Source: Squalus acanthias (taxonomy: Eukaryota). Taken from it: a DNA stretch of 64,000 nucleotides. Location of the stretch: contig CM059433.1 in assembly GCA_030390025.1 (NCBI GenBank), positions 29,762,001 to 29,826,000 of the forward strand, in the 5' to 3' direction. Positions 50,445 through 62,714 of this stretch are shown in pieces. Every line of letters begins with the position of its first letter. Positions within the stretch are counted from its first letter, which is position 1. Under the pieces are notes generated by a model. That model had not been told where the DNA came from, searched no databases, and saw nothing but the letters and a program-made list of their open reading frames with translations. Made by a program: the position numbers and the translations under genes.

Positions 50445-52330
50445 CTACATGTGTGTCATCTTTCTCTTCCGTGTGCTTCTATGAGGTGCTACCCCTGTGG
50501 CTTCAGCAGAGGTAGAGGTAGCCTGCTCACTTCTCTGCTGCGACTGCTTAGACACTCTTGGTGGATGTCCTCTGGGTTTTGGAGCCTGTGAGGGCCCCGC
50601 CAAAGTCTGCTCCTCCTGCGACTATGCAGGGTCAGACTCGGCCATCGTGATCCGAGGAGCCATCTGGGGCTCTGACTGAGGGGGTGGCAATGGGGGAGAA
50701 GTGTAAGCGCTTTGCGAGGAGCCCACACTTCTGTCTCCCCTCTCACCGTCATCCCTCTCATGGGCCACCCGCACTTCCCTGCTAGCAAGGAGCTGGAGAG
50801 CACCTTGCTGCACATCAGTGGGGCCATGAGGATCCACGTCTACACTGACATCCCTCCTAGACAGGAGGTTTATGAGTCTCTGCCATCTATGCTCCATAGA
50901 TAGCCATCTATCTCCATAGATAGCATGTGCTCCTGTGAGTGACACATCAGCTGCTCCATGCAGGTGACCATCCTATCCATGGAGGAGCCTACAGTCGCCA
51001 TCGCCTGCGACACGGTGGTGCTCATGTTGGAGATGGACTCCTCCATTCTCTGAGCATTTGCAGACAACGTGCTTGCAAAACTTGTCAGAGCCTCCTGCAC
51101 TTATTGCTGCACCTCCAGGATTGTATTCTTTCTGGATGGCCCAGAGGCTCAGCGTCTGCATACAGCTGAGCAGAGCTGGGAGCGTCCTGCGCCCTCTGGC
51201 GAGGAGTCTCCACTGCTGTCCCTGTCTCCACCATCTCCTCTTGCTCACTTGTGACTTGTGATGGACCCGGTGACAACACTACTCTATCTCGCGTTGGACC
51301 CACTGAGGTGTGCGTCTCTGCGCTGGTGCTGGGTGCGCTCATGTCCTTTGACCCTCAGAGGCTGGAGGCTCATCTGAGGAGTCATCTTGCTCTTCCTCCT
51401 AGACCGTTAGGGGGTGGGGGTGTGGGCTCTTGATGGACCTGTGGGAGAGTAAAGAGATGAGTTAGGTATGCCATATGAAGAATGGGTGCACATACCATTA
51501 TGCACATGATGACCATTAAGTGGCTGATGACATCAGTCCCCATATGAGTGACTGATGTATGCCATGTAGCTGTATGATATGTAATTCTGTCACCAGGTTG
51601 CTGAGACATCCTCCTCTCTCCGTCTCCCACCTCCAGCTGCTCGGCCACTCCCGAGACTTCTGACACAGCCTCCTCTGCTGTTGTGAGGGTGGCAAATGCT
51701 GGAGGCCCACCTCCAGTTCTCTCCCTCTTATTGTGCGCTCTCTTCTCCTGCAAGGAGGGAAAGAAGAGAAGGTTGAGTGAGAGTTATGGAATGAGTGTAA
51801 GGAATGGATGGGCTACATCTTTATAGGGTGACTATGATGAAGTGAGGTGGCAATGCCAAGTGGCCTCCTTGTGTGTTGTTAGTTGGTATGATTGCTTTAG
51901 GATGAGGGTAAGTGTGAGGGGTGGCTAGTAAGATGGGGATGTGATAATGTAGATAGAGGGAGAGGGATGGGTGGATGTGCAAGGTATATTGGTGTGAGTA
52001 AGGATGTGCAGGAGTAGGGTCGGGAAGCAGAGTGATGGGGATGTGATGAGAGGTACAGCAGGATAACATTGAGTGTGGCTTTGCATTCACCTTTCCAGAT
52101 CTAATGAGATCATTGAAACATTTGCGGCACTGCACCCAGGTCCTCCTGAACATATCCCTGCTTGTGATCTCCTCTGCAATTTGGAGCCAGGCTCTTTTTG
52201 TCTCCTGCGGAGGTCTCTTCCGCCCATTGGAAGGGAAGAGGACCTCCCTGCGTGCTCTGACTCCCTCCACAAGCATATGGAGGGATTCAGTGGAGAACCT
52301 GGGTGCAGCCCTCTGCCTCTGTGCAGCCAT
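50445..52330 (-). pseudogene. Harbinger Myb/SANT-like DNA-binding protein gene, 3 exons, exon 3 disrupted
   Basis: Exon 1 52330-52091 (MAAQRQRAAPRFSTESL..AW..W.QCRKCFNDL); exon 2 51747-51594 (EKRAHNKRERTGGGPP); exon 3 from 51438 to PHRSTRKRKMTHM*; GT-AG introns. Confidence 0.8.
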
Positions 52331-53389
52331 CTCTCCAACTGTTTGAAGCAATGAAAACCTCCAGTGTGCTGCATGCACACTCCTAGATGAACCTTCAAAT
52401 GCAATGTGGCCATAGCTCCTTTTAATGTACTGGCTGAAAACGCGTCATGGATGACGTCATCAGACCCGCAACATTTAATTCGGCTGGGCAAAGCGCAGGG
52501 CGGGCTTAATAGGCCCCATTATCGGAAAGTAATTTTCTGCAGCGGGATGAAAGCAGCAACGGGGTCGTGACCCGCCACGCCGACCGCCTGCACCCGACCC
52601 GCCCAGGGACAGAAAATTCCGGCCATATGTCTGTAACCTCCTCCAACCCTACAACCCTCCGAGATCTCTGCACTGCTCCAATTCTGGCCTCTTGCGTACC
52701 CCGATTTCCTTCGCTCACTATTGATGGCCGTGCCTTCTGCTGCTCTGGAATTCCCTCCCTAAACTTCTCCGCCTCTCTATCGCTCTCTTCTCCTTTAAGT
52801 CGCTCCTTAAAACCTACCTCTTTGACCAAGCTTTTGGTCACCTGTTTGAATATTTCTTTAGGTGGCTCGATGTCCAATATTGTCTGATCATGCTCCTGTG
52901 AAGCGCTTTGGGACATTTTTAATGCGTTAAAGGCGCTATATAAATGCAAGTTGTTGTTATTTTGTAATGGAAGGTGTGCTGGGAAGTACAGCGTGAATGA
53001 TAAATATGGTTACAAGTCACGTTTTATTGGTAGATTTGCACAATTAGACTAGATTTATTAATTATTGTTCTTGCTGAGAGGCTTGCTGTGCATGACTGAC
53101 TGCCCTCTGTTACTTTACCAATTTTTAGTTTTTCTATCATCTCATTGGTAGTTTTGATATTGACTGCACTGGAACAAATTCAGTATTGAGAGAAGATTTG
53201 CAGTCATACTGAAGTCGCTTTTGAAACATCATGTATTGTGAAGGATTGAACGTGACCTTCTCAGATCCAAGTCTGCATGATGGTAACTCACTGAGAGTGG
53301 GAGGTGGTAGTTAGACGGCTGTTGTATTATATAGAACAATGGAGCAAACTATTCATACAACTTGGTCAGACTAGGGATACAGCAAGCGG

Positions 53390-53919
53390 CAGGGACAGAG
53401 GTCCAGACAGAGAGAGAGACAGGCAGAAAGAGAGATAGAGAGAGGGAGCGACAGACAGAGGGAGCGACAGACAGAGGGAGGGAGGGAGGGAGGGAGAGAG
53501 AGAGGAGAGACAGAGACAGAGACAGAGACAGAGCAAGGGCGAGACAGAGAGAGAGAGCCAGAGAGAGAGATCGACAGAGAGAGACAGACACAGAGAGAGA
53601 CCAACAGACAGACAGAGAGGCAGACAGACAGACAGAGAGAGAGTGAGACAAAGAGAGCGAGACAGAAAGAGAAAGAGCGAGAGAGACAGAGAGTGAGAGA
53701 GATAGAGGGAGACAGAGAGTGAGAGAGACAGAGAGCGAGAGAGACAGAGAGCGAGAGAGAGACAGACGGAGAGAGAGAGAGACAGAGAGAGAGAGAGACA
53801 GAGAGAGAGAGACAGAGAGAGAGAGAGACAGTGAGAAACAAAGAGAGACAGAGAGAGACAGAGACAGTGAGAGACAGAGAGAGACAGACCGAGAGAGAGA
53901 CAGTGAGAGACAGAGAGAC

Positions 53920-53960
<41 letters not shown>

Positions 53961-53990
53961 GAGAGAGAGACACAGAGAGAGAGAGAGACA
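53390..53990. repeat. Compound (GA)n/(GACA)n microsatellite
   Basis: Direct inspection. Confidence 0.97.
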
Positions 53991-54296
53991 GCTATGGAGG
54001 CAGGAATATCTTAGTATTCATAACAGTAGCAAAGGCCCTCTTTTAAAACTATAAGCTCCACATATTAATAGAGGGCTTTCAATGCAACCGTGACTCCTGT
54101 GATAACCAATCTCCATAGTGACTAGTGTCAGCCACTCAAAGTAAAACAGTGATATAATTGCAGAAAACATTTTTAATTGCTGCACAGAAACAGAAAGTAA
54201 CACACTAGTATGTCACCAAATACAGAAAAGTGCAGAAATCTGATTGCAAAGATAGAGAAAGCCAATGACCACCTGGACCACGAGGGTCCCCACACA

Positions 54297-54745
54297 GAAA
54301 GAAAGACAGACTTGCATTTATATAGCGCCTTTAATCCCAAAGCATTTTACAGCCAATGAAGTACTTTTTGAAATGTAGTCACTGTTGTAATGTAGGAAAC
54401 GCGGCAGCCAATTTGGCCTCAGCAAGCTCCCACAAACAGCAATGTGATAATGGCTGGATAATCAGTTTTTGTTATGTTGATTGAAGGATAAATATTGGCC
54501 AGGACACCAGGGATAACTCCCCTGCTCGTCTCCAAACAGTGCCATGGGATCTTTTACATCCACCTGAGAGAGCAGACAGGGCCTCGGTTTAACGTCTCAT
54601 CTGAAAGACGGCTTCATCTGACAGTGCAGCGCTCCCTCAGCACTGCACTGGAGTGTCAGCCTAGATTTTTGCACTCAAGTCTCTGGAGTGGGACTTGAAC
54701 CCACAACCATTCTGACTCAGAGGCGAGGGTGCTACCAACTGACAG
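54297..54745 (-). mobile_element. DeuSINE (SacSINE1-like)
   Basis: Match to the other copies. Confidence 0.82.
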
Positions 54746-54819
54746 ACCACCAACTTCCCAGGGATCTTGGTTTGACAAGCTATGCTGTATGTCCAATAGT
54801 CAAGCAAGCATTTTGTTCT

Positions 54820-55958
54820 TCAGCCTTGGCCCAGTCACCTGAATCAGAAGGTTGTGAATTCATAGTCCCACTCCAAAGAAGTGAGCACATAATCCAGGCT
54901 GACAGTCCAGTGCAGTGCTGAGGGAGTGTGGCACTGTTGGAGGTGCCGTCTTTCGAATGAGATGTTAGACTGAGGCCTGTTGGCCCTCTCAGATGGATGT
55001 AGAAGATCCCATGATGCTACTTTATAGAGGAGCAGGGGAGTTATTCCCGGTGTCCTGGGCCATAATATTTATCCCTCAACCACCATCATTAAAAACAGAT
55101 TGGGCCAGAAATTCGAGTCTCCGGCTTCCTGCGGGTGCAAGCATCGCGCGCGTACTTGCCTACCACGCCTGCCGTTGTGCTTCGGGCCCACGAGGACTTC
55201 GGCTCCTGGGCCTCCTGCAGCTGCCGGCGCGCAGTGCTTGCGTATCACAGGGGCGCAGTTAGTTCGAAGCGTCCCCTGGGATCACGTGGGCTATGGAGAG
55301 CCAATCGGAGCAGGGCATTTTCATTCATAGATTTGACAGGAAGACCTGTCAAATCTATGAATAGAGATCGGCCCCAAAACCACACTTAAACTTCAAATAA
55401 AAAAAATTTTTAATCACATTTTTAAAATAACTATAAGTTACATAAATTAACTACTTTAAACAAAAATTTAAATTTTTGAAAAAATTAATTATACTTTTTA
55501 ACGGTGCTAAAAATAAACTTACCTTTCTTTAAAGTATCTAAAAAAGATAAACCTGTTGAAAAAATGTTTAAATTGTAATTAATTAACCACTTACCTTGTT
55601 AAAAACAGGCCTTGCGCCTCCTTTTTAAAAGTGCAGCTTCTCCATACTTACCCTCACGGAGAAACCTGAAAAAAAAAACGAAGTTCGCTGCGTGCGCGCT
55701 GCCTCTCCCACGCACGCGTTCGACTTCTGAACCCCTCCCTTCAGGGGAACGGAAGTTCCGGTTTCCCGCGCATGCACAGTGCATGCGTGAAACCGGCACT
55801 TCAGGTGGCCTTACGGGTGAGTACACAGCGCGTACTCACCCGACAAGAGCCGAATTTCTGGCCCATTATCTGGTCATTATTACATTGCTGATTTTGGGAG
55901 CTTGCAGCAGACTAATTGGCTGCTATGTTTGCCTGCAAAAGTAATTACTTGGCTTTGG
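54820..55958 (+). mobile_element. DeuSINE interrupted by a MITE B relative
   Basis: AAAACAGATT...ATTATCTGGTC resumes after the insertion. Confidence 0.8.
55102..55864. mobile_element. MITE family B, diverged subfamily
   Basis: Perfect TIRs GGGCCAGAAATTCG/CGAATTTCTGGCCC, TSD ATT, collinear with 25849-28139. Confidence 0.88.
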
Positions 55959-56472
55959 TACATCCTGCGAATGTGAAAGATATTGGCCTCAATTTTAACC
56001 CCCCCCCCCACCACGCACCACCACAGGTGGGAGGGAGTTCGAGGGTTGGGGAGTGGTTTAAAATATCAGGATCAGGCAACCCGACCTATGCCCACCCCTT
56101 TAAATTTTAAAGTGCATAATTCAAAGCATGGAGAAGGCTCTGGCAAGAGGCAACCGGTGGCCTAAACACCATATCAAAGACACCACCTGCTGACATTATC
56201 GGCCCAGCAACTTGAATTTAACTGGAAATGAGCCTGAGCTGTGGGATTCCCGTCAACTGAACCGAGGCGGGTGCTGACAACTCCCCAAGATAAATGGCTC
56301 TTGCAGCACTCCTTGTGGGCCAGGAGGTGCAGGATGCAGGACTGCACCTGCCCTGGTCCCTCAAGGAAACCTTTGGCCTCCCCCAGCCCCGATAACCAGG
56401 CTTCCCCTCCCCACCCACCCTTGTTGGCGATGTTTCCCCAGCCCGATTGCCGACTGGAGCTTCCCCCCCCTT

Positions 56473-56915
56473 CCCGTATCCTAACTCGCACCAAGTCTCT
56501 TCGACCTACATCGGCTCCTGGTCCACCAACGTCTCGATTTAACACATTTTCATACTTGTTTTCAAATCCCTCCATGGCCTCACCCCACCCTATCTCTGTA
56601 ACCTCCTCCAGCCCTACAACCCTCCGAGATCTCTGTGCTCCTCCAATTCTGACCTCTTGAGCATCCCCTGAATTTCATTGATCCACCATTGGCGGCTGTG
56701 CTTTCAGCTGTCTCAACCCTAAGCTCTGGAATTCCCTCCCTAAACCTCTATACCTCCCTCTCTTCCTTTAAGACGCTCCTTAAAATCTACCTCTTCCTGT
56801 CCTAATATCTCCTTATGTGGCTCGGTGTCAAATTTTGTTTGATAACACTCCTGTGAAGTGCCTTGGGACATTTTATTACGTTAAAGGTGCTATATAAATG
56901 AAAGGTGTTGTTGTA
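56473..56915 (+). mobile_element. L2 3' portion
   Basis: CGTATCCTAACTCGCACCAAG...GCTATATAAATG..TTGTTG. Confidence 0.82.
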
Positions 56916-57209
56916 ATAGCTTCCCTTTGAGAAAAGAAAGGACTTGGATTCCTTGACCTTCAGAGCTCTCTTTCTTTGGTGCTCTGTCAAGAATCAATAG
57001 CTTTCACTCCAAAGCCAAGGAATTTGTGATGACAATCTTTGGTCTGTTGATTGTCTCCATGGGGGGTGGGGGAGCAGTTTTACTTTGAGTCCTCAGAGAG
57101 CCCAGATTGATTTAATCACTTTGTACCGCTGTCTCCAAAATGTGGCTGACAAACCACTGATGAGACCATGCTTCACAGACAGAATTATAGGAGTGTTTTC
57201 TTCCGTGCC

Positions 57210-57575
57210 TCAGTCCCAATCCAGAGACTTGAGCACAGTACTCAGTGCTGAGGGACTGCTGCACTGTCGTAGGTGCCGCCTTTCAGATGAGACATTAAAC
57301 CGAGGCCCTGTCTGCCCTCTAAGATGCACTATTTCGAAGAAGAGCAGGGGAGATCCCTTCAGTGTCCTGGGCCAATATTTATCCCTCAGCAACAGCTTAA
57401 AACAGATCATCATGTTGCTGTTTGTGGGAGCTGGCTGTGCGCAAATTGGCTGCCATGTTTCCTACATTACAACAGTGACTACACTTCAAAAGTACTTCAT
57501 TGGATGTAAAACGCTTTGAGACATCCTGAGATTGTGAAAAGTGCGATATTAAAAAAGTGCAAGCCAAGTCTTTTA
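57210..57575 (+). mobile_element. DeuSINE
   Basis: Match to the other copies. Confidence 0.8.
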
Positions 57576-58084
57576 ATTAGAATAAAGGAATGACTTTCTG
57601 TGCAGTAGTTAGATATTGGATGGCTCCTAAACTCAGATCTTCTTGTAAAAGTATCAGATACCCAACGCAAGCAGCTGAGAATCTTCCATGTATATATGCA
57701 TGTTTAAAATACTGCGTTCCTCAGCATTCTCTGCTACAGCTTCTTATTTGCAGAGTAATGATTTACAAATACAGCTGTAACACCAGATTGATTGAATGTT
57801 GCCAGAGGATCTTTTAGTCCAACGTTAGGAAGTCTTGTCTTCTATTTACAATGGTTGTAAACACTGTTAGCTATGAGGCTTTACAAATACTGTGGTAATT
57901 GTATTGATTTTTAATGATGCAAAAGGCATCAATTCATTCTGTTCAAAACTTAAAGCATATATATGTATAATACATATGGATGCGTGACTTCTCGGGGTTG
58001 ATTTTGACCCTGGGCAGACATTGGGCCCTCTGTCTGAAGCCCTTGCTTGCAAGGCCTAAGGCCTTTTAGATTAATAAATTGAAA

Positions 58085-58483
58085 AAGAAGAAAGACTTGC
58101 ATTTATTTAGCGCCTTTCATGGCCTCAGGACGTCCCAAAGTGCTTTACAGCCAATGAAGCACTTTTTTTTTTGCAATTGTAGTCACTGTTGTAATGTAGG
58201 ATACACGGCAGCCAATATACGCACAGCAAGCTCCCACAAACAGCAATGAAATAATGACCAGATCATCTATTTTTTCGTGATGTTGGTTGAGGGATAAATG
58301 TTGGCCAAGACACCGGGGAGAACTCCCCAGCTCTTTTTCGAAATACTGCCATGGGATCCTTTACGTCCACCTGAAAGAGCAGCCTCAGTTTATCGTCTCA
58401 TCCGAAAGACAGCACCTCCGACAGTGCAGCACTCCCTCAGTACTGCACTGGGAACGTCAGCCTGGATTATGTGCTCAAGTCTC
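58085..58483 (-). mobile_element. DeuSINE
   Basis: Match to the other copies. Confidence 0.8.
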
Positions 58484-59051
58484 GGTAAAGTTGACTATTT
58501 TTGGCCTTAAGGTATAACAAAATCTGATGAAGTTTCAGGGTTGCCTTTTGATGTTAAATTTGGATCCACTGAACTTCTGTTGCTATGATTGAAAATATCA
58601 CAGAATGCATAGCAACCAGGATGTCCTGTGGACACATCAAGGATTAGTAGAATTGATTAACTGTTGCTGTGAGTAAAAAAAAAAGTGCTGGTTCTATTGA
58701 ACGTGAAAGCTGCACAATTGTCAGATATGGTTATGCTGATAGTTTGTGTGAAGGAGTATAATACACATTGGTGAAGTTTAAAATAATGAACCGTGTGGCA
58801 GGCTGATCTTCGTGTGTGGAAAGCTGCCTCACTCCGCAGTTTGTTTTTTGTCAGCATGTATTGGCAGGAGAACTGGAAAAGTCCAATTTTCTTCGCATAG
58901 CAACTGCCTCTTGGCTAAACAGAACTGATGGCCATTTCACTTCCCACACCTCGTTCGAGTTTATATTCCTCGCATCGAGACTAAGTTCTTAAAAGGGATA
59001 TGTCAAAACAGAGTGTGACAAATTAACCCTTTCCCAGATGGTTTAGCGGAT

Positions 59052-59635
59052 GAGTTATGTTAAACCTTTACAATTCACTGGTTAGGCCTCAGCTGGCGTA
59101 TTGTGTCCAATTCTGGGCACCACACTTCAGGAAGGATGTCAAGGCCTTGGAGAGGGTGCAGAGGAGATTTACTAGACTATTACCAGGGATGAGGGACTTC
59201 AATTACGTGGAGAGACTGGAGGAGCTGGGATTGTTCTCCGTGGAGCAGAGAAGGTTAAAGGAAGATTTAATAGAAGTGTTCAAAATTATGAGGGTTTTGA
59301 TAGAGTAAATAAGGAGAAATTGTTTCCACTGGCAGAAGGGTCGGTAACCAGAGGACACAGATCTAAGGTAATTGACAAAAAAAACAGGGAGGAGATGAGG
59401 AGTCATTTGTTTATGCAGTGAGTTGTTATGATTTGGAATGCGCTGCCTGAAAGGGTGGTGGAAGCAGATGTAATCGTAATTTTAAAAAGGGAATTCGATA
59501 AATACTTGAAGGGGAAAATTTTGCAGGGCTATGGGGAAAGAATAGGGGAATTGACGAATTGGATAGCGCTTTGAAAGAGCCGGCACGGGCACGATGGGCC
59601 AAATGGCCTCTTTCTGTGATGTATCATTCTATGAA
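59052..59635 (+). mobile_element. CR1 3' end
   Basis: LVRPQLAYCVQFWAPHFRKD. Confidence 0.9.
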
Positions 59636-59789
59636 ATTCACGATTTGATGCAGCAGTGAGGCAAACAGACCCATAAAATTGCCAGGTTGGATTCTGTGTT
59701 GAGTAGGGGCAGCAGAGTAGGATGCAACCATCGGTGCTGACTTGGGAGTGGATCAGCAGAGCGACATTAAAATTGGACCATTTAGGATT

Positions 59790-60580
59790 AAACATAGAAA
59801 CATAGAAGATAGGAGCAGGAGTAGGCCATTCGGCCCCTCGAGCCTGCTCCGCCATTTAATGAGATCATGGCTGATCATCCAAATTCAGTACCCTGTCCCT
59901 GCTTTCTCCCCATATCCCTTGATCCCTTTAGCCTTAAGAAATATATCTAACTCCTTCTTGAAAATATTTAATGAATTGGCCTCAACTGCCTTCTGTGGTA
60001 GAAAATTCCACAGGTTCACCACTCTCTGGGTGAAGAAGTTCCTCCTCATCTCAGTCCTAAATGGCTTACCCCATATCCTTAGACTGTGACCCCTGGTTCT
60101 GGACTCCCCTGCCATCGGGAACATCCTTCCTGCATCTAGTCTGTCTAGTCCTGTTAGAATTTTATAAGTTTCAATGAGATCCCCTCTCATTCTTCTAAAC
60201 TCTAGCGAATATAAGCCTAATCGACCCAATCTCTCTTCATACGTCATTCCTGCCATCCCAGGTATCAGTCTGGTGAATCTTCGCTGCACTCCCTCCATGG
60301 CAAGAACATCCAAAACTGCACACAATACTCAAGGTGTGGTCTCACCAAGGCCCTGTACAACTGCAGCAAGACATCCTTGCTCCTGTACTCGAATCCTCTC
60401 GCTATGAAGGCCAACATACCATTTGCCTTCTTAACCGCCTGCTGCACCTGCATGCTTACCTTCAGCGACTGGTGCACAAGGACACCCAGGTCTCGTTGCA
60501 CTTCCCTTTTTCCCAATCTATTGCCGTTCAGATAATAATCTGCCTTCCTGTTTTTGCCACCAAAGTGGATAACCTCGCAT
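59790..60580 (-). mobile_element. CR1 3' portion
   Basis: CEVIHFG..RDLGVLV..LYSLEFRRMRGDLIE; (TTTCTATG) tail. Confidence 0.92.
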
Positions 60581-61295
60581 TGATCTACCAATGACAGACA
60601 GCAGCATAAAGAACAAGCCCACCAAATTCAAACAGTCAAACCCAACAGCTCTACTGGCATGAAAAAAATAGTCACAGTCAACGGGAACCCTGTAGTAGGA
60701 TGAGACACTGGGGCTTTCTAGCCCATTGGTTGTCTGGACATTGGGCACCTGTGCTCCGATGCCATCTTCTTAAATTACAACAGTAACTACATTTCAAAAG
60801 TACTTCATTGGCTATAAAGCGCTTTGGGACATGCTGAGCTCGTGAAAGGCGCTATATAAATGCAAGTTTTCTCGTCTTTCTTCGTACTGTGCAGACACAG
60901 TTGTTGTGGATAGCTTTGAGGGATTTACAACATTTTTATTGGCACGGTCTTTTAGACATTTCTATAAGTTGTCCATCTTTGTGGGGCAGCGTAAATCGCC
61001 TCAGTTCTGCTCCTTTGACATTCTGCACTGGTCGGCAGTGTTAGCATTGGCCTCGGTTTAGGGGGAGGGAACAATCAGCCTTGGTTCCCCTTCCTCAGTT
61101 GGTATCCAATAACCCCTGTTGGAAAGTGATTACTTTTGGACATCGGGCAAGGACAGAATTAGAACCCTCCACACTTTGATAGCCTGTCGATGCACATCGT
61201 CCAAGGCTGACTCACAATGAAATGACCACTTTCATGGGATTGCGGTATGTACTCCAGCATGAGTCAGTGCCTTCAGGAAAAGAAGTGAGAAAATT

Positions 61296-61511
61296 ACATA
61301 GAATTTACAGCACAGAAACAGGCCATTCGGACCAAGTGGTCCATGCCAGCGTTTATGCTCCACACGAGCCTCCTCCCACCCCTATCAGCATAACTTTCTA
61401 TTCCTTTCTCCCTCATGTGCTTATCTAGCTTCCCCTTAAATGCATCTATTTAACTATTCCTTACACTTTCTGGGTAAAGAATGTTTCTCTTGAATTCCTT
61501 ATCGGATTTAT
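61296..61511 (-). mobile_element. CR1 3' end fragment
   Basis: GATGCATTTAAGGGGAAGCTAGATAAG and AAATTCTATG tail. Confidence 0.85.
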
Positions 61512-61524
61512 AAAATGAGACCTT

Positions 61525-61571
61525 CGTCCCTGGGTGGGTTCGAACGACCAATCTTTCGGTTAACAGCTGAA
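61525..61571 (-). pseudogene. 5'-truncated tRNA-Asn(GTT) copy
   Basis: TTCAGCTGTTAACCGAAAGATTGGTCGTTCGAACCCACCCAGGGACG matches the anticodon arm to 3' end of vertebrate tRNA-Asn. No CCA and no 5' half. Confidence 0.85.
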
Positions 61572-62249
61572 TTGGGGGTGGGGGGAGGTGAGAGGAGTGG
61601 GCATCTTCCCCATCCCAGTTAGTAAACAATTCAGTAAGAGTCGCAAGTAGGTTGGGGTCAAACAGAAGTCAAGTTAAAATAGAAATTCTAAAAGTGAAGG
61701 TGATGATGAGGTTAAAGTAATAACATTTAGTTTCATCCTACTGAGGCAGACTTAGGACCTGATATTCCTCCATTTGTGAACAAAAAAGGCATAAAAGCCA
61801 TTTTTATTTATCTTTTATCAAATCAGCTAATTAAATCGCCATAGCTGGCTGCATTCCTGCTTGGGAATACATAACTGGCAACAAACACCTTCCAGCCAAT
61901 CACGACCTTCAATAATGATCATATCACACTGTTAAGGTAGCTAAGCAACCACTTGGAAATCACAGAGTCACCTGTCTCCTTGACTACGATATTGGAAGGC
62001 AGTTTGGGTAGTCTGGAGGAGTCGGACACCTACATCAGTGACATCGTGGAGAAACATCTGCCTGCACTGCAGTCTGTCATTGAGTATGGGGGAGTCACAC
62101 CTCCAGTAAAGACATCAGTTACACAGGCCATGGGCACAGTAGGAGCAGCCCTCATTAATGCGACTACCTCTTTCTGTGGAGACTTTGGGGGTCCAAATTC
62201 CGCAGTCTTCACTGACTTCAGCTTGCTTGGAGACTAGTTACAGGCAATA

Positions 62250-62714
62250 AAAGAAAGAACTTGCATTTATATAGCGCCTTTCACATCCACAGTATGTCCC
62301 AAAGTGCTTTACAGCCAGTTAGGTACTTTTGAAGTGGAGTCACTGTTGTAATGTAGGGAAACGGGGCAGCCAATTTGCACACAGCAAGGTCCCACAAACA
62401 ACAATATGATAATGACCAGATAATCTGTTTCAGTGATGTTGGCTGAAGGATAAATATTGGCCCAGGACACCGGGGATAACTCCCCCACTTCTTCGAAATA
62501 GTGCCCTGGGATCTTTTAGATCCACGAGAGGACAGACAGGGGCCTCAGTTTAGCGTTTCATGCAAAAGATGGCACTTCTGACAGTGCAGCGCTCCCTCAG
62601 CATTTCCTACATTACAGCAATGCCTACACTTCAAAAATACTTCAGTGGCTGTAAAGCGCTTTGAGACATCCGGAGATTGTGAAACGCGCGATATAAATGT
62701 AAGTCTTTCTTTCT
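62250..62714. mobile_element. DeuSINE (-) joined to a second SINE tail (+)
   Basis: Tail sequence is present at both ends in opposite orientation. Confidence 0.75.

Larger units (their letters stand above)
48366..52624. mobile_element. 4.26-kb Harbinger derivative inserted in an L2 tail
   Basis: TIRs GGCCAGAATTTTCTG/CAGAAAATTCCGGCC; L2 sequence on both sides (48325-48365, 52625-52960); Myb gene and transposase remnant are convergent. Confidence 0.9.

Noticed and set aside
53349..54054. ER/SL-rich ORFs
   Set aside because: Translations of a GA microsatellite.
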